Shown here: in pieces, positions 1 through 11,366 of the stretch
Layout: the number at the start of each line of letters is the position of its first letter
How positions within the stretch are numbered: the first letter of the stretch is position 1
Assembly: GCA_965279525.1 (NCBI GenBank)
Contig: CBDIIB010000003.1
Location: 64,001 to 128,000 of the forward strand
DNA from: Tagaea sp.
Lineage (GTDB): Bacteria > Pseudomonadota > Alphaproteobacteria > CACIAM-22H2
Direction of reading: 5' to 3'
Length of the DNA stretch: 64,000 nt
The notes under the pieces: generated by a model
What the model was told of the DNA's origin: nothing
Database searches by the model: none
What the model saw: the letters and a program-made list of their open reading frames with translations, nothing else
Translations under genes and position numbers: made by a program

Positions 1-1247
1 GGCAGAAGATCCTGATGCGCGCGGCCGAGCTGCTGGCGGCCCGCAAGGAACCGCTCGCGCGCCTCATCACGGCGGAAAGCGGCCTGTCGCTGAAGGACAG
101 CTACTACGAAGTGGGCCGCGCCTACGACGTCTATACGCTGTCGGGCCAGCTCGCGATCCGCGAGGATGCCGAGACGTTCGCGTGCGACATCACCCCGCAC
201 GGCAAGGCCCGGCGCATCCACACGCTGCGCGAGCCGCTGCAGGGGGCGATTTCGGCGATCACGCCGTTCAACCACCCGCTCAACATGGTGTCGCACAAGC
301 TGGCGCCGGCCATCGCGACCAACAACCGCATCGTGCTGAAGCCGACGGAGTTGACACCACTCACGGCACTCGCACTCGCCGACATCCTCTACGAGGCGGG
401 CCTGCCGCCGGAGATGCTGTCGGTCGTGACCGGAACGCCGGCCGACCTCGGCGACGCGATGATCACCGATCCCAACATCGATCTCGTCACGTTCACGGGC
501 TCAGTGCCGGTGGGCAAGATGATCGCGCAGAAAGCGGGCTATCGCCGCGTGGTGCTGGAACTGGGCGGCAACGATCCGCTGATCGTGCTGGCCGACGCCG
601 ATCCCGACAAGGCGGCCGAGCTTGCGGTGGCCGGGGCCACCAAGAACTCCGGCCAGCGCTGCACGGCGGTCAAGCGCATCCTGGCGGTCGAGAGCATCGC
701 CGACGCGCTCGTCGAGCGCATCCTCGTGCACGCCAAGAAGCTCAAATGCGGCGACCCGATGGATCCGAACACCGACATCGGCACCGTGATCCACGAGCGC
801 GCGGCCGCCAGCTTCGAGCGGCGCGTCATCGACGCGGTCGGCAAGGGGGCGAAGCTGCTGCACGGCAACGACCGGCGCGGCGCCCTCTATCCGCCCACGG
901 TCGTCGACCATGTGCCCTACGACTGCGAACTCGTGCACGAGGAAACCTTCGGTCCCGTGATCCCGGTCGTGCGCGTCAAGGATGTCGACGACGCGATCCG
1001 CGTGTCGAACTCCACGCGCTACGGCCTGTCGTCGGGCGTGTGCACGTGGCGGCTCGACCACATCAACCGCTTCATCCACGAGCTCAATGTCGGCACCGTG
1101 AATATCTGGGAAGTTCCCGGCTACCGCATCGAGATGTCGCCGTTCGGCGGCATCAAGGACTCGGGCAACGGGCACAAGGAAGGCGTCGTCGAAGCGATGA
1201 AGTCGTTCACGAACGTGAAGACCTATTCGCTGCCCTGGCCGGGCTGA
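1..1247 (+). CDS. phnY: Phosphonoacetaldehyde dehydrogenase (ALDH family), 5' end outside window
   Basis: [16 protein letters not shown], catalytic NSGQRCTA, C-terminal [12 protein letters not shown]...VKTYSLPW typical of PhnY; frame open from window edge. Confidence 0.85.
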   Translation, partial: QKILMRAAELLAARKEPLARLITAESGLSLKDSYYEVGRAYDVYTLSGQLAIREDAETFACDITPHGKARRIHTLREPLQGAISAITPFNHPLNMVSHKLAPAIATNNRIVLKPTELTPLTALALADILYEAGLPPEMLSVVTGTPADLGDAMITDPNIDLVTFTGSVPVGKMIAQKAGYRRVVLELGGNDPLIVLADADPDKAAELAVAGATKNSGQRCTAVKRILAVESIADALVERILVHAKKLKCGDPMDPNTDIGTVIHERAAASFERRVIDAVGKGAKLLHGNDRRGALYPPTVVDHVPYDCELVHEETFGPVIPVVRVKDVDDAIRVSNSTRYGLSSGVCTWRLDHINRFIHELNVGTVNIWEVPGYRIEMSPFGGIKDSGNGHKEGVVEAMKSFTNVKTYSLPWPG

Positions 1248-1277
1248 CGGAACGGGCTTCCAACCCGCGCGGACGGC

Positions 1278-1299
1278 ATGTAACCTTTCTGTAACAAAA
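1278..1299 (+). promoter_or_regulatory. Putative Pho box (PhoB site) upstream of phoX
   Basis: ATGTAAC-CTTT-CTGTAAC-AAAA, two heptads at 11-bp spacing resembling YTGTCAY-N4 repeats, just before the phoX RBS (GGGAGGG). Confidence 0.7.
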
Positions 1300-1312
1300 C
1301 AGGGAGGGAACC

Positions 1313-3253
1313 ATGCACGATCCGAACGGCGATCTCGAACCTGAAGATTTCGGTGTCGCGCGGCCGATGGCCGAGACGTTTTCGGCAATCGCCGACGCGC
1401 GGCTTTCGCGCCGCGCCGCGTTGATGGGCGCTGCCGCCGCCGGCGTGCTGGCAGCCGTACCGGCCGGCGCGCAGTCGCGCGGTTCGAGCCTGACCTTCAA
1501 GGACGCGCCCAGCATCTACGACGAAAAATCGCGCGTAGCCGACGGCTATCGCGAGCAGGTCGTCGTTCGCTGGGGCGATGCGCTGTTCGCCGACGCGCCC
1601 GCCTTCGATCCGCTCAAACAGTCCGGTGCCGGTCAGGAACGCCAGTTCGGCTACAACTGCGACTTCACCGCTTTCATGCCGCTGCCGCTGGGTTCGAAGA
1701 ACTCGACGCACGGGCTGCTGTGCGTCAACCACGAATACTGCAACAGCAACCTCATGTTCCCGGGCGTGGCGACGCGCGGGGCGATCAACAAGGAGCAGTG
1801 CGAGGTCGAGATGTCCGCGCACGGCCTGTCGGTCGTCGAGGTGAAGAAGGAAGGCAGTGCCTGGAAGGTCGTCCAGGGCCGCTACAACCGGCGCCTGTCG
1901 ATGTCGGGCATGGCGTTCCGCGTGGCGGGGCCGGCGGCCGGCCATCCGCGCCTGCGCACCGCAGACGATCCGACCGGCACGCTGGTCATCGGCACGCTCA
2001 ACAACTGTGCCGGCGGCACGACGCCATGGGGCACGGTGCTGACGGGCGAGGAGAACTTCAACGGCTATTTCGGCGGCGATGCCGCCAAGACGCCCGAAGC
2101 GCGCAATCACCGTCGCTATGGCGTGCAGGCCTTCAACGGCGCGCCGTGGTCCAACCATTTCGAGCGTTTCCAGGTCGAGAAGTCGTGGAACGAGCCGAAC
2201 CGCTTCGGCTGGGTGTGCGAATACGACCCCTACGACCCGAACTCGTCGCCGGTGAAACGCACGGCACTTGGCCGCTTCAAGCACGAGGGGGCGACCTGCG
2301 TGGTCTGCCCCGACGGGCGCGTGGCGGTCTATTCGGGCGACGACGAGCGCTTCGAATATGTCTACCGCTTCGTCACGGCGGGCAAGTTCGATCCCAAGAA
2401 CCGTGCGGCCAACCGCCATCTGCTCGACGAGGGCACGCTGTCGGTCGCGAAGTTCGAGGCCGACGGCACGATGCGCTGGCTGCCGCTGGTCTTCGGGCAG
2501 GGGCCGCTGACGCCGGCCAACGGCTTCGCAAGCCAGGCCGACGTGCTGATCGAGGCGCGCCGGTCGGCCGACCTCGTCGGCGCCACGCCGATGGACCGCC
2601 CGGAGGACGTCGAGACAAATCCGGTGACGGGACGCACGTATATCGCCTGCACCTACAACGAGCGGCGCGCCGCCGCCGACGCCGCCGACGCGCGCACGCG
2701 CGTCAACGGTCCCAATCCGCGCGTCGACAACCGCACGGGCCAGATCGTCGAACTGATCCCGCCCGGCGGGCGCGGGGCGAGGGCCGACCACGCGGCGGAC
2801 GTGTTCCGCTGGGACCTGTTCATCCTCGGCGGCGATCCGGCGAACCCGGCGTCGGGCGCCAAATACGGTCCCGGCGTGTCTGCCGACGGCTGGCTCGCCG
2901 CACCCGACAATATCGGCTTCGACCCAAGGGGGCGCATCTGGATCTCGACGGACGGCATGCCCACGCAGGCCAATCCGCCGCGCCCCGACGGCGCGTTCGG
3001 CGCCGATACCGAAGGCCCGGGGCGCGCGGTCACAAAGCGTCTCTACGCGGCACCGTCCGGCGCCGAAGTGTGCAGCCCGTGCTTCACGCCGGACGGCCGC
3101 ACGGTGTTCCTCGCCATCCAGCATCCCGGCGAGGCGCGCGGCTCGACGTTCGAGACGCCGTCCTCGCGCTGGCCCGACTTCCGGCCCGGCATCCCGCCGC
3201 GCCCGTCCATCGTCGCGGTCGAACGCATCGACGGCAAGGAGATCGGCACATGA
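1313..3253 (+). CDS. phoX: PhoX-family alkaline phosphatase, Tat-exported
   Basis: SRRAALM twin-arginine signal; [51 protein letters not shown] motifs. Confidence 0.92.
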   Translation: MHDPNGDLEPEDFGVARPMAETFSAIADARLSRRAALMGAAAAGVLAAVPAGAQSRGSSLTFKDAPSIYDEKSRVADGYREQVVVRWGDALFADAPAFDPLKQSGAGQERQFGYNCDFTAFMPLPLGSKNSTHGLLCVNHEYCNSNLMFPGVATRGAINKEQCEVEMSAHGLSVVEVKKEGSAWKVVQGRYNRRLSMSGMAFRVAGPAAGHPRLRTADDPTGTLVIGTLNNCAGGTTPWGTVLTGEENFNGYFGGDAAKTPEARNHRRYGVQAFNGAPWSNHFERFQVEKSWNEPNRFGWVCEYDPYDPNSSPVKRTALGRFKHEGATCVVCPDGRVAVYSGDDERFEYVYRFVTAGKFDPKNRAANRHLLDEGTLSVAKFEADGTMRWLPLVFGQGPLTPANGFASQADVLIEARRSADLVGATPMDRPEDVETNPVTGRTYIACTYNERRAAADAADARTRVNGPNPRVDNRTGQIVELIPPGGRGARADHAADVFRWDLFILGGDPANPASGAKYGPGVSADGWLAAPDNIGFDPRGRIWISTDGMPTQANPPRPDGAFGADTEGPGRAVTKRLYAAPSGAEVCSPCFTPDGRTVFLAIQHPGEARGSTFETPSSRWPDFRPGIPPRPSIVAVERIDGKEIGT

Positions 3254-3675
3254 AGATCCTGCAGGAGTTCAAGGATTTCGCCTCGCGCGGCAACGTCGTC
3301 GACCTTGCCGTGGGCGTCATCATCGGGGCGGCGTTCACCGCGATCGTCGGCTCGCTCGTCAACGACATCCTGATGCCGCCCTTGGGCGTGCTGATCGGCG
3401 GCGTGGACTTCTCGAACTACTTCGTCGTGCTGTCGACTTCCGCTGCCGGTCCGTTCCCCAGCATCGATGCCGCCCAGAAGGCAGGCGTGGCGACGCTCAA
3501 CTACGGGCTGTTCATCAATGCCTGCATCAAGTTCATCATCGTGTCGTTCGCGGTGTTCCTTCTGGTCAAGCAGGTCAACCGCCTGAAGAAGCCCGAGCCG
3601 CCCAAGGCCCCGTCGGGGCCGACGCGCAGCGAGGTCCTGCTCGAGGAAATCCGCGACGCGCTGAAGGCGAAGTAG
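3250..3675 (+). CDS. mscL: Large-conductance mechanosensitive channel
   Basis: [29 protein letters not shown] ... LLEEIRDAL; ATGA overlap with phoX stop. Confidence 0.95.
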   Translation: MKILQEFKDFASRGNVVDLAVGVIIGAAFTAIVGSLVNDILMPPLGVLIGGVDFSNYFVVLSTSAAGPFPSIDAAQKAGVATLNYGLFINACIKFIIVSFAVFLLVKQVNRLKKPEPPKAPSGPTRSEVLLEEIRDALKAK

Positions 3676-3679
3676 CCGT

Positions 3680-4850
3680 TCAGCCGAACGCGGTCCCGTG
3701 CGAAAGCGCGGGAATGGCGAGATGGCGGGCAAGGGACTGGCCGATATCCGCGAAGCTGTCGCGGATCCCCAGATCCCGCCCGCCGATCCCGGGGCCGAAC
3801 CAGATCACCGGCACATGCTCGCGCGTGTGGTCGCTGCCCTTCCACGTCGGATCGCAGCCATGGTCGGCCGTCAGCACCGCCACGTCGCCGGGGCGAAGGG
3901 CCGCGCGCACGTCCGGCAGGCGCAGGTCGAACGCTTCCAGTGCAGCGGCATAGCCCGCCACGTCGCGCCGGTGGCCGAACAGCGTGTCGAAATCGACGAA
4001 GTTGGTCATCGTCAGGCTGCCGTCGGGCGCGCTTGCGATGGCTTCGAGCGTGCGGTCCATCAAGGCGGCGTTGCCGTCGGCCTTGACCTCGCGCTTCGTG
4101 CCGTGATGCGCGTAGATGTCGCCGATCTTGCCGATCGCGATCGTCTCGCGGCCCGCCTCGACCAGCTTGTCGAGCAGCGTGGGCTCGGGCGGCGAGATCG
4201 CATAGTCCTTGCGGTTGCCGGTGCGTTTGAACGACCCGGGCGCTTCGCCCGTGAAGGGGCGCGCGATCACGCGGCCGATGTTCCAGGGCCGCACCAGTTC
4301 GAACGCGGCCTTGCAGACATCGAGCAGCCGGGCGAGGCCGAAATGCGTTTCGTGCGCCGCGATCTGGAACACGCTGTCGGCCGACGTGTAGACGATGGGC
4401 TTGCCGCTCGCGATGTGCGTCGTGCCCAGCTCGTCGAGGATCTGCGTGCCCGAGGCATGCCGGTTGCCCAGCACGCCGGGCAGCCCGCAACGCGCGACGA
4501 GCGCATCGGTCAGTTCAGCCGGGAAGCACGGCACCGTCTCGGGGAAGTAGCCCCATTCGAACGTGACCGGCACGCCGGCCATTTCCCAGTGGCCCGACGG
4601 CGTGTCCTTGCCCCGCGACAGCTCGCGCGCCGCCCCGTGCCAGGCTTCCGGGGCGGGGCCGGAATAGGGCGTGCCGGTCGCCGTGGCGTGCGCGGCATCG
4701 AGGCCGAGGCGCACGAGATTGGGCACCTTGGGCGCGTGGCGCCTTGCGGATGCTGCCCCAGGTGTCGGCACCGGTATCGCCGAAGCGCGCGGCGTCGGGC
4801 GTGGCGCCGATGCCGAACGAGTCCATCACCAGCACGAAGGCGCGCGCCAT
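3680..4850 (-). pseudogene. deoB: Phosphopentomutase split by one frameshift near 4740 (pseudogene or sequencing indel)
   Basis: N-terminus [22 protein letters not shown] in one frame; [48 protein letters not shown] in another. Confidence 0.85.
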
Positions 4851-4852
4851 GT

Positions 4853-6169
4853 TCAGGCTCCCAGCGTTTCGCGCACGACCGGGCCGGCCGGTGCCGCGGC
4901 ATCGGCCACAGTATACGCCGCCTGCAGCGTGTGCGCCGCATGGTCGGCGCTGCGCTCGTCGCGCGCGTGCATCAGCGCCAGCGGCCGGCCGGAACCGACT
5001 TCGGCGCCGAGGGGTGCGAGCTCGACGAACCCGACCGTCGGATCGATGGCCGCCGCCGGGTCCGTGCGGCCGCCGCCCAGTTCGAGGACCGCCACGCCGA
5101 CCGCGCGCGTCGCGATCGACGAAACGAAGCCCGGCCGCACCGGATGGACCGCACGCACGATCGGCGCCTTCGCAAGATACGCATCCGGCCGTTCGATCAG
5201 GTCGGAGGGTCCGCCAAGTGCCGCGACCATGCGCGCGAAACGCTCGGCCGCCGCACCCGAGGCAAGTGCCGCATCGAGTTTCTTCGCCGCCTCGTCACTG
5301 GGCGCGATGCCGGCAAGATCGAGCAGTTCGACGGCCAGCGCGCGCGTGCATTCGTGCAGCCGTGCGTCGCGCGTGCCGGCGAGATACGCGATCGCCTCGC
5401 GAACCTCGAGCGCGTTGCCGACGCTCGATCCGAGGGGGGAGTCCATGTCGGTCAGCAGGGCGCGCGTCCGCAGGCCAGCACCGTTTGCGACCTCGACGAT
5501 GGATTGCGCCAGTTCGCGCGCCTGACCGTAGTCGGCGAGGAAAGCGCCCGAGCCGAACTTGACGTCGATCACCAGCGCGTCGGCGCCTGCGGCGAGCTTC
5601 TTGGACAGGATCGAGGACGTCAGCAGGCCGATCATCTCGACCGTCGCGGTCACGTCGCGGATCGCGTAGAGCCGCTTGTCGGCCGGGGCGAGATTCGCCG
5701 TCGGGCCGACGATGGCGCAGCCGACCTCGCGCACCGTTCGCCGGAAGCGCTTGTTGTCGGGCCTGGCGTCGTAGCCCGGAATGCTTTCCAGCTTGTCGAG
5801 CGTGCCGCCGGTATGCCCGAGGCCCCGGCCCGATATCTTGGGAACGAAGCCGCCGCACGCCGCGACCCACGGGGTGAGCATCAGGCTGACCTTGTCGCCC
5901 ACGCCGCCCGACGAATGCTTGTCGACGACCGGACCCGTCAGGTTCTCGCCTTTCCACGACAGCATTTCGCCCGAGCGCGCCATCGCGCGCGTCAATGCCA
6001 CGCACTCGCCGCGGTCCAGGCCACGCAGGAACATCGCCATCGCCAGCGCGCCGACCTGCGCGTCGACCAGGCCCTTGCCGTCGGCGATGCCGGCGACCAG
6101 CGCCTCGATCTCGGAATCCTCGAGCCGGTGGCCGTCGCGCTTCTTGCGGATCAGTTCCTGCGGCAGCAT
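4853..6169 (-). CDS. deoA: Thymidine phosphorylase
   Basis: [44 protein letters not shown]. Confidence 0.95.
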   Translation of the reverse strand: MLPQELIRKKRDGHRLEDSEIEALVAGIADGKGLVDAQVGALAMAMFLRGLDRGECVALTRAMARSGEMLSWKGENLTGPVVDKHSSGGVGDKVSLMLTPWVAACGGFVPKISGRGLGHTGGTLDKLESIPGYDARPDNKRFRRTVREVGCAIVGPTANLAPADKRLYAIRDVTATVEMIGLLTSSILSKKLAAGADALVIDVKFGSGAFLADYGQARELAQSIVEVANGAGLRTRALLTDMDSPLGSSVGNALEVREAIAYLAGTRDARLHECTRALAVELLDLAGIAPSDEAAKKLDAALASGAAAERFARMVAALGGPSDLIERPDAYLAKAPIVRAVHPVRPGFVSSIATRAVGVAVLELGGGRTDPAAAIDPTVGFVELAPLGAEVGSGRPLALMHARDERSADHAAHTLQAAYTVADAAAPAGPVVRETLGA

Positions 6170-6173
6170 CGGT

Positions 6174-6917
6174 TCAGCCGCCCGGCCGGCCGTCGAGGAC
6201 GGCGAGGAGCGCTTCAAGCAGGTCCGAAGCACCCAGGCGGAACGTCTCGGGCCGCACCCACGAAGCGCCCCGGATTCGGTCGGCGAGTTCCAGATACGCG
6301 CGCGCGTCGCCAAGCGTGCGCACGCCGCCCGAGACCTTCACGCCGATCTCGCGCGGTGCCTTGCGCGCGGCTTCCAGCAGCACGCGCACCGTCTCGGGGC
6401 TGGCCCCCGCCGCGATCCTGCCGGTCGAGGTCTTGAGCATGTCGCCGCCGGCATCGATCACCTCGGCGCACGCGGCCGTCAGGCGCGCCATGTCGGTGAA
6501 GTGGCCGGCTTCGAGAATCACTTTCAGCGGGACCTTGGGCCCGCAGATCGCCTTGGCGGCGGCGACCATCGTTGCGGCCTTCACCTTCTCGCCGCGCAGC
6601 CACTCGACATAGGGGAAGACCAGGTCGATCTCGTCCGCCCCGTCGTGCAGCGCCTTGCGCACCGCGAGCAGCACGTCGGGGCGCGGCTCGCTGCCCGACG
6701 GGAAATTGACGACGGTGGCGACACGCACGTTCGTGCCCGCAAGTTCGGCATTCGCCTGCGCCACGAAACGCGGCCACACGCAGACCGCGGCGACCGCCCC
6801 GTGCGGCGTGACGGCGCGTGCGCACAACGCGGCCGTCGAGGCGGCGTCGTCGGAATCGTCGAGACTGGTGAGGTCGACGAGCGGCAGCGCGCGGCGGGCG
6901 AGGTCGATGTCGGTCAT
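6174..6917 (-). CDS. deoC: Deoxyribose-phosphate aldolase
   Basis: VDLTSL, VATVVNFP, GADEIDLV, LKVILE, LKTSTG, GVKVSGG, FRLGAS. Confidence 0.93.
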   Translation of the reverse strand: MTDIDLARRALPLVDLTSLDDSDDAASTAALCARAVTPHGAVAAVCVWPRFVAQANAELAGTNVRVATVVNFPSGSEPRPDVLLAVRKALHDGADEIDLVFPYVEWLRGEKVKAATMVAAAKAICGPKVPLKVILEAGHFTDMARLTAACAEVIDAGGDMLKTSTGRIAAGASPETVRVLLEAARKAPREIGVKVSGGVRTLGDARAYLELADRIRGASWVRPETFRLGASDLLEALLAVLDGRPGG

Positions 6918-7744
6918 GCGGACGCGATCTCCGGCAGGGCGGCGCGCAGCAGCGCCGAAAGATCGGTGCCGATGCGCGCGGCGACGGCTTGCGTGTGGTC
7001 GTGCGACAGGTGCTGGCCATCGCGCATGCCGGCGACCAGATTGGTGACGGCACTGATCGCGGCCACGCGCAGGCCGCAGTGGCGTGCCACCATCACCTCG
7101 GGTGCCGTGGACATGCCGACGAGGTCGGCGCCCAGCGTGCGCAGCGCGCGGATTTCGGCCGGCGTCTCGAAATTGGGGCCCAGATACCAGGCATAGACGC
7201 CTTCGGGCAGGCCGATGCCGAGCGATCCTGCCGCCTTGCGCAACACGGCGCGCAAGGCCGGGTCGTAGGCGTCGGTCATCGGGAAGAAGCGCGGGCCCCA
7301 TTCCTCGTCGTTCGGGCCGACGAGCGGGCAAATACCTGCCCACGCGATATGATCGCTGATGAGGACGAGGGAACCCTCGTCGCTCGATTTGTGGAAGCTG
7401 CCGGCGGCGTTGGTCAGCACCAGCCGGTCGACGCCCAGCGCCTTCAGCGTGCGGATCGGGTGTTTGATCGCGGCCGGCTCGACGCCTTCATAGAGATGCA
7501 CGCGCCCCTGCAGGCACGCGACCGGCACGCCGGCAAGCGTGCCCGCGACCAGACGGCCCGCATGGCCGGCCACGCTTGAAACGTGGAAGCCCGGAATGTC
7601 GGCATAGGGAATGGCGACCGCATCCTCGATCTGCCCGGCAAGCGGCCCGAGACCGGACCCCAGCACGATGCCGACGCGCGGGCGCCTGGCACCCAGCTTC
7701 GTCTTCAGGTAGGCGGCCGCGTCGTGCGGGCTTGCCACGCTCAC
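6914..7744 (-). CDS. Purine-nucleoside phosphorylase (PNP I / XapA-like)
   Basis: GIVLGSGLG, QGRVHLYEG, LTNAAGS, GPNFETPAE, VGMSTAPE; GTG start overlapping the permease stop (alternative GTG 7738). Confidence 0.92.
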   Translation of the reverse strand: MSVASPHDAAAYLKTKLGARRPRVGIVLGSGLGPLAGQIEDAVAIPYADIPGFHVSSVAGHAGRLVAGTLAGVPVACLQGRVHLYEGVEPAAIKHPIRTLKALGVDRLVLTNAAGSFHKSSDEGSLVLISDHIAWAGICPLVGPNDEEWGPRFFPMTDAYDPALRAVLRKAAGSLGIGLPEGVYAWYLGPNFETPAEIRALRTLGADLVGMSTAPEVMVARHCGLRVAAISAVTNLVAGMRDGQHLSHDHTQAVAARIGTDLSALLRAALPEIASA

Positions 7745-8715
7745 TTCTCCTTCACGTAGGCGATGCCGCTCGCCTTGGGTGCGACCGCCTTGCCGACGAA
7801 TCCGGCAAGCAGCAGCACCGTGAGAATATAGGGCAGGGCCTGGATCGCATGTATGGGAACGATGCCTATCCCCGGCAGCGACACGCCCTGCAGCCGGCCT
7901 TGGGCGGCGTCGGCGAAGGCGAAGAGCAGGCAGGCGAGCACGGTGGGCACCGGCATCCACTTGCCGAAGATGAGGGCGGCGAGGGCGAGGAACCCGCGCC
8001 CGGCGGTCATCTCGCGCTGGAACGAGGCGGACTGCGCGATGGCGAGATAGGCGCCGGCCGCGCCGCACAGCACGCCGCAGGCGAGCATCGCGCGGTAACG
8101 CAGCCACGCGACCGAGATGCCGGCGGTATCGACCGCGTGCGGGTTCTCGCCGACCGCGCGAAGGCGCAGGCCGAAGCGCGTGCGGAACACGACGAACGAC
8201 ACGGCCGGGACCAGCAGCACGGTCAGGTAGACGAGCGCGTTGTGGCCCGAGAGGAGACCGGAATAGAACCGGCCGAGATACGGCACGCCGGCAAGCGCCG
8301 ACGCGAAGGGCAGCTCGATGGGGCGGAAGCGCAGCGCGTCGGCGAGGGCAGGGGAATTGCCGCCTTCGTCGAACCACGCATAGGCAAGCGCCACCGTCAG
8401 CCCGGCGGCCAGCACGTTGATCGCCATGCCGGTCACGACCTGGTTGCCGCGATGCGTGACGCAGGCAAAGGCATGCGCCAGCGCGAAGGCGCAGCCGACC
8501 GCGACGGCGACGCCAAGTCCCAGCCACGGCGACTGGAGCCAGTGGGCCGTGCAGGCGGCCGCGAAGGCCCCGGCCAGCATCTTGCCTTCAAGCCCGATAT
8601 CGACGAGGCCCGAGCGTTCGGCGAACAGCCCCGCCAGCGCGCACAGCACGAGCGGTACGGCCAGACGCACGGTCGAGGCGAGCAGCGAGACGATCTGGGC
8701 GAAATGGTCTTCCAT
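7741..8715 (-). CDS. Nucleoside ABC transporter permease
   Basis: FAERSGLVDIGLEG, FGLRLRAVGENP, GRGFLALAALIFG; hydrophobic. Confidence 0.9.
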   Translation of the reverse strand: MEDHFAQIVSLLASTVRLAVPLVLCALAGLFAERSGLVDIGLEGKMLAGAFAAACTAHWLQSPWLGLGVAVAVGCAFALAHAFACVTHRGNQVVTGMAINVLAAGLTVALAYAWFDEGGNSPALADALRFRPIELPFASALAGVPYLGRFYSGLLSGHNALVYLTVLLVPAVSFVVFRTRFGLRLRAVGENPHAVDTAGISVAWLRYRAMLACGVLCGAAGAYLAIAQSASFQREMTAGRGFLALAALIFGKWMPVPTVLACLLFAFADAAQGRLQGVSLPGIGIVPIHAIQALPYILTVLLLAGFVGKAVAPKASGIAYVKEK

Positions 8716-9812
8716 CAGGCCGGCCGCGCGCGTGCGAAAAGCCTGGCGAGCGCCGGGCGGAACATGTTCTCCAGCGCGCCGCAGAACAGGATGATCAGGC
8801 CCTGGATGACGATGACGAGGTCGCGGCTGATGGCGTGCACCTCGAAGGCGAGTTCGCCACCGCCCTGGTAGAGCGCGCCGAACAGCAGGGCGGCAAGGCA
8901 GATGCCCACCGGATGATTGCGGCCCATCAACGCGACCGCGATGCCCACGAAGCCGTAGCCGCCGGTGAAGGCGAGCAGCAGGCGCTGCTGGGCGCCCTGC
9001 ACCTCGTTGACCGCCATCAGCCCGGCGAGTGCGCCCGAGATCGCCATGGCCACGACGATCGTGCGGGCGGGATCGATGCCTGCATAGCGTGCCGCCTGTT
9101 CGTTGGCGCCCACGGTGCGCAGCTCGTAGCCCGCGCGCGTGTGCCACACATAGACCCACACGAGGCCGGCGGCGGCGAGGGCCAGGAAAAACGCGGCGTT
9201 GAGTGGCGTGCGCGGAGCCTCGAGTCCGAACCAGCCGGCCATCTCGCCGAGCGACCACAGCGTGGTGTGGCCTGCAAAGCGCCGCGTTTCGGGCGAGCCG
9301 TGGGTGGGGTCGAGCAGCACGTTGGACAGCAGGTAGGTCATCAGTGCTGCGGCAATGAAGTTGAACATGATCGTCGTGATGACGATGTGGCTGCCGCGGC
9401 GCGCCTGCAGCCAGCCGGGGACCGCACCCCATGCCGCACCGAACGCCGCCGCCGCGAGAATGGCGAGCGGAACGGCGACGAAGCCGGGCAATCCCTCGAG
9501 GAACAGGCACACCAGCGCCACGCCGAGCCCGGCGACATAGGCCTGTCCTTCGCCGCCGATGTTGAACAGGCCCGCATGGAACGCGATCGCGACGGCAAGG
9601 CCGGTGAACACGAAATTCGTCGCGTAGTAGAGGGTGTAGCCCAGAGCTTCGGGATAACCCACGGCGCCGTTGACGAGGATCGCGAGTGCCTGGAGCGGAT
9701 TGACCCCGATCGCCAGCACGACGAGCGAGGACAGCAGCCCCGCCGCGACGAGGTTGACGAGCGGCAGCAGGCCCCAGTCGACCCAGGGCGGCAGGCGGTG
9801 AATGCCGCTCAT
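8715..9812 (-). CDS. Nucleoside ABC transporter permease
   Basis: GLFNIGGEGQ, VITTIMFN, GYELRTVG, GFVGIAVALMGRNHP. Confidence 0.9.
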   Translation of the reverse strand: MSGIHRLPPWVDWGLLPLVNLVAAGLLSSLVVLAIGVNPLQALAILVNGAVGYPEALGYTLYYATNFVFTGLAVAIAFHAGLFNIGGEGQAYVAGLGVALVCLFLEGLPGFVAVPLAILAAAAFGAAWGAVPGWLQARRGSHIVITTIMFNFIAAALMTYLLSNVLLDPTHGSPETRRFAGHTTLWSLGEMAGWFGLEAPRTPLNAAFFLALAAAGLVWVYVWHTRAGYELRTVGANEQAARYAGIDPARTIVVAMAISGALAGLMAVNEVQGAQQRLLLAFTGGYGFVGIAVALMGRNHPVGICLAALLFGALYQGGGELAFEVHAISRDLVIVIQGLIILFCGALENMFRPALARLFARARPA

Positions 9813-11347
9813 TCCGCCGCCGCCGCGTGGGAACCGGCCATCAGCAGGCCGAGGCTGCGTTCGTCGGCCTCGTGGCGCGCCAGTTCGCCCATGATCCGGC
9901 CGTCGAACATCACGAGGATGCGGTCGGCAAGGCCGAGGATCTCGTCGAGCTCGCAGCTCACCAGCAGGATCGCCTTGCCGGCGTCACGAAGCGCCACCAG
10001 CCGGCGGTGGATGAACTCGATGGCGCCGATATCCACCCCGCGCGTCGGCTGGCCGACGATCAGCAGGTCGGGGTCGCGGTCGATCTCGCGCCCGAGCACG
10101 ATCTTCTGCTGGTTGCCGCCGCTGAAATCGCCGCTGCGCTGGGCGGGGACGGGCGGGCGCACGTCGTATTCCGCCATCAGCCGGCGCGTGCGCTCGGTGG
10201 CGGCGCGCGCCGACAGCATGGGCCCCGGGCCCAGCTCGACGTCGTCGTGATAGCCAAGGATGGCGCTTTCGCTTGCCGCGTGGCCTGCGACGAGCCCCAT
10301 GCGCAACCGGTCCTCGGGCACGTGCGCGATGTGCGAAGCGCGCGCGGCCTTGCAGGCCTGCGCGTGGCCCGGTGCCGTCAGGGGTTCGCCCTTGTAGAGG
10401 ACGCGCCCGCCCTGCAACGCGCGCAGGCCCGCCAGCACCTCGATCAATTCGCTCTGTCCGTTCCCGGCCACGCCCGCGATGCCCACGATCTCGCCCGCGC
10501 GCACCGCGAACGACACGCCGCGCAGGCGTTCCACGCCGCGCGCGTCCACATGGCGCAGGTTCTCCGCGCGCAGCACTTCCGCACCCGGCCTTGCTTCGGT
10601 CTTGGCCACGCGCAGCAGCACGCGCCGCCCCACCATCAGTTCGGCGAGTTCTTCCTGCGTGGTCGCGGACGTCGGCCGCGTGGCCACCACGGCGCCCTGG
10701 CGCATGACCGTCACGCGGTCGGTGATCGCGAGGATTTCCTGGAGCTTGTGCGTGATCAGCACGACCGTCTTGCCCTGGTCGCGCCAGCGCGCGAGCAGGG
10801 CGAAAAGCCCTTCGGCCTCCTGCGGCGTCAGCACGGCCGTAGGCTCGTCGAGAATCAGGATGCGCGCCCCGCGATAGAGCGCTTTCAGGATCTCGACGCG
10901 CTGCTGCGTGCCCACGTCGAGATCGGCGATCCGGGCGTCGAGATCGACGTCGAGGGAATAGTCCGCCATCAGCTTCGAAAGGCCCGCGCGTGCGGCGGCC
11001 TCGCCGCTCGCGAGAAGGGCGCCTCCCTCGGCGCCGAGCAGCACGTTCTCGAGCACGGTGAAGGTCTCGACCAGCATGAAATGCTGGTGGACCATGCCGA
11101 TGCCGGCGCCGATCGCATCCTGCGGGGAGGCGATGGCGACGGGCCGGCCGTCGACGCTTATGGTGCCGCCGTCCGGCCGGTAGTAGCCGTAGACGATCCC
11201 CATCAGCGTCGACTTGCCGGCGCCGTTCTCGCCCACGATGCCGTGGATCGAGCCTTTGGCGACGGCAAGGTCGATCGCGCGGTTGGCGTGCACGTCCCCG
11301 AAGCGCTTGTCGATGCCGGCAAGGGCGAGGGCGGGCACGCCTTCCAT
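9809..11347 (-). CDS. Nucleoside ABC transporter ATPase (tandem NBD)
   Basis: GENGAGKST, ILDEPT, SGGNQQK, QPTRGVDIG. Confidence 0.93.
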   Translation of the reverse strand: MEGVPALALAGIDKRFGDVHANRAIDLAVAKGSIHGIVGENGAGKSTLMGIVYGYYRPDGGTISVDGRPVAIASPQDAIGAGIGMVHQHFMLVETFTVLENVLLGAEGGALLASGEAAARAGLSKLMADYSLDVDLDARIADLDVGTQQRVEILKALYRGARILILDEPTAVLTPQEAEGLFALLARWRDQGKTVVLITHKLQEILAITDRVTVMRQGAVVATRPTSATTQEELAELMVGRRVLLRVAKTEARPGAEVLRAENLRHVDARGVERLRGVSFAVRAGEIVGIAGVAGNGQSELIEVLAGLRALQGGRVLYKGEPLTAPGHAQACKAARASHIAHVPEDRLRMGLVAGHAASESAILGYHDDVELGPGPMLSARAATERTRRLMAEYDVRPPVPAQRSGDFSGGNQQKIVLGREIDRDPDLLIVGQPTRGVDIGAIEFIHRRLVALRDAGKAILLVSCELDEILGLADRILVMFDGRIMGELARHEADERSLGLLMAGSHAAAAE

Positions 11348-11366
11348 CGCGTCTAGCCCATCACGT

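Noticed and set aside
6914-8715. No cytidine deaminase gene between permease and PNP
   Set aside because: Ordinary operon variation; genes abut with no scar
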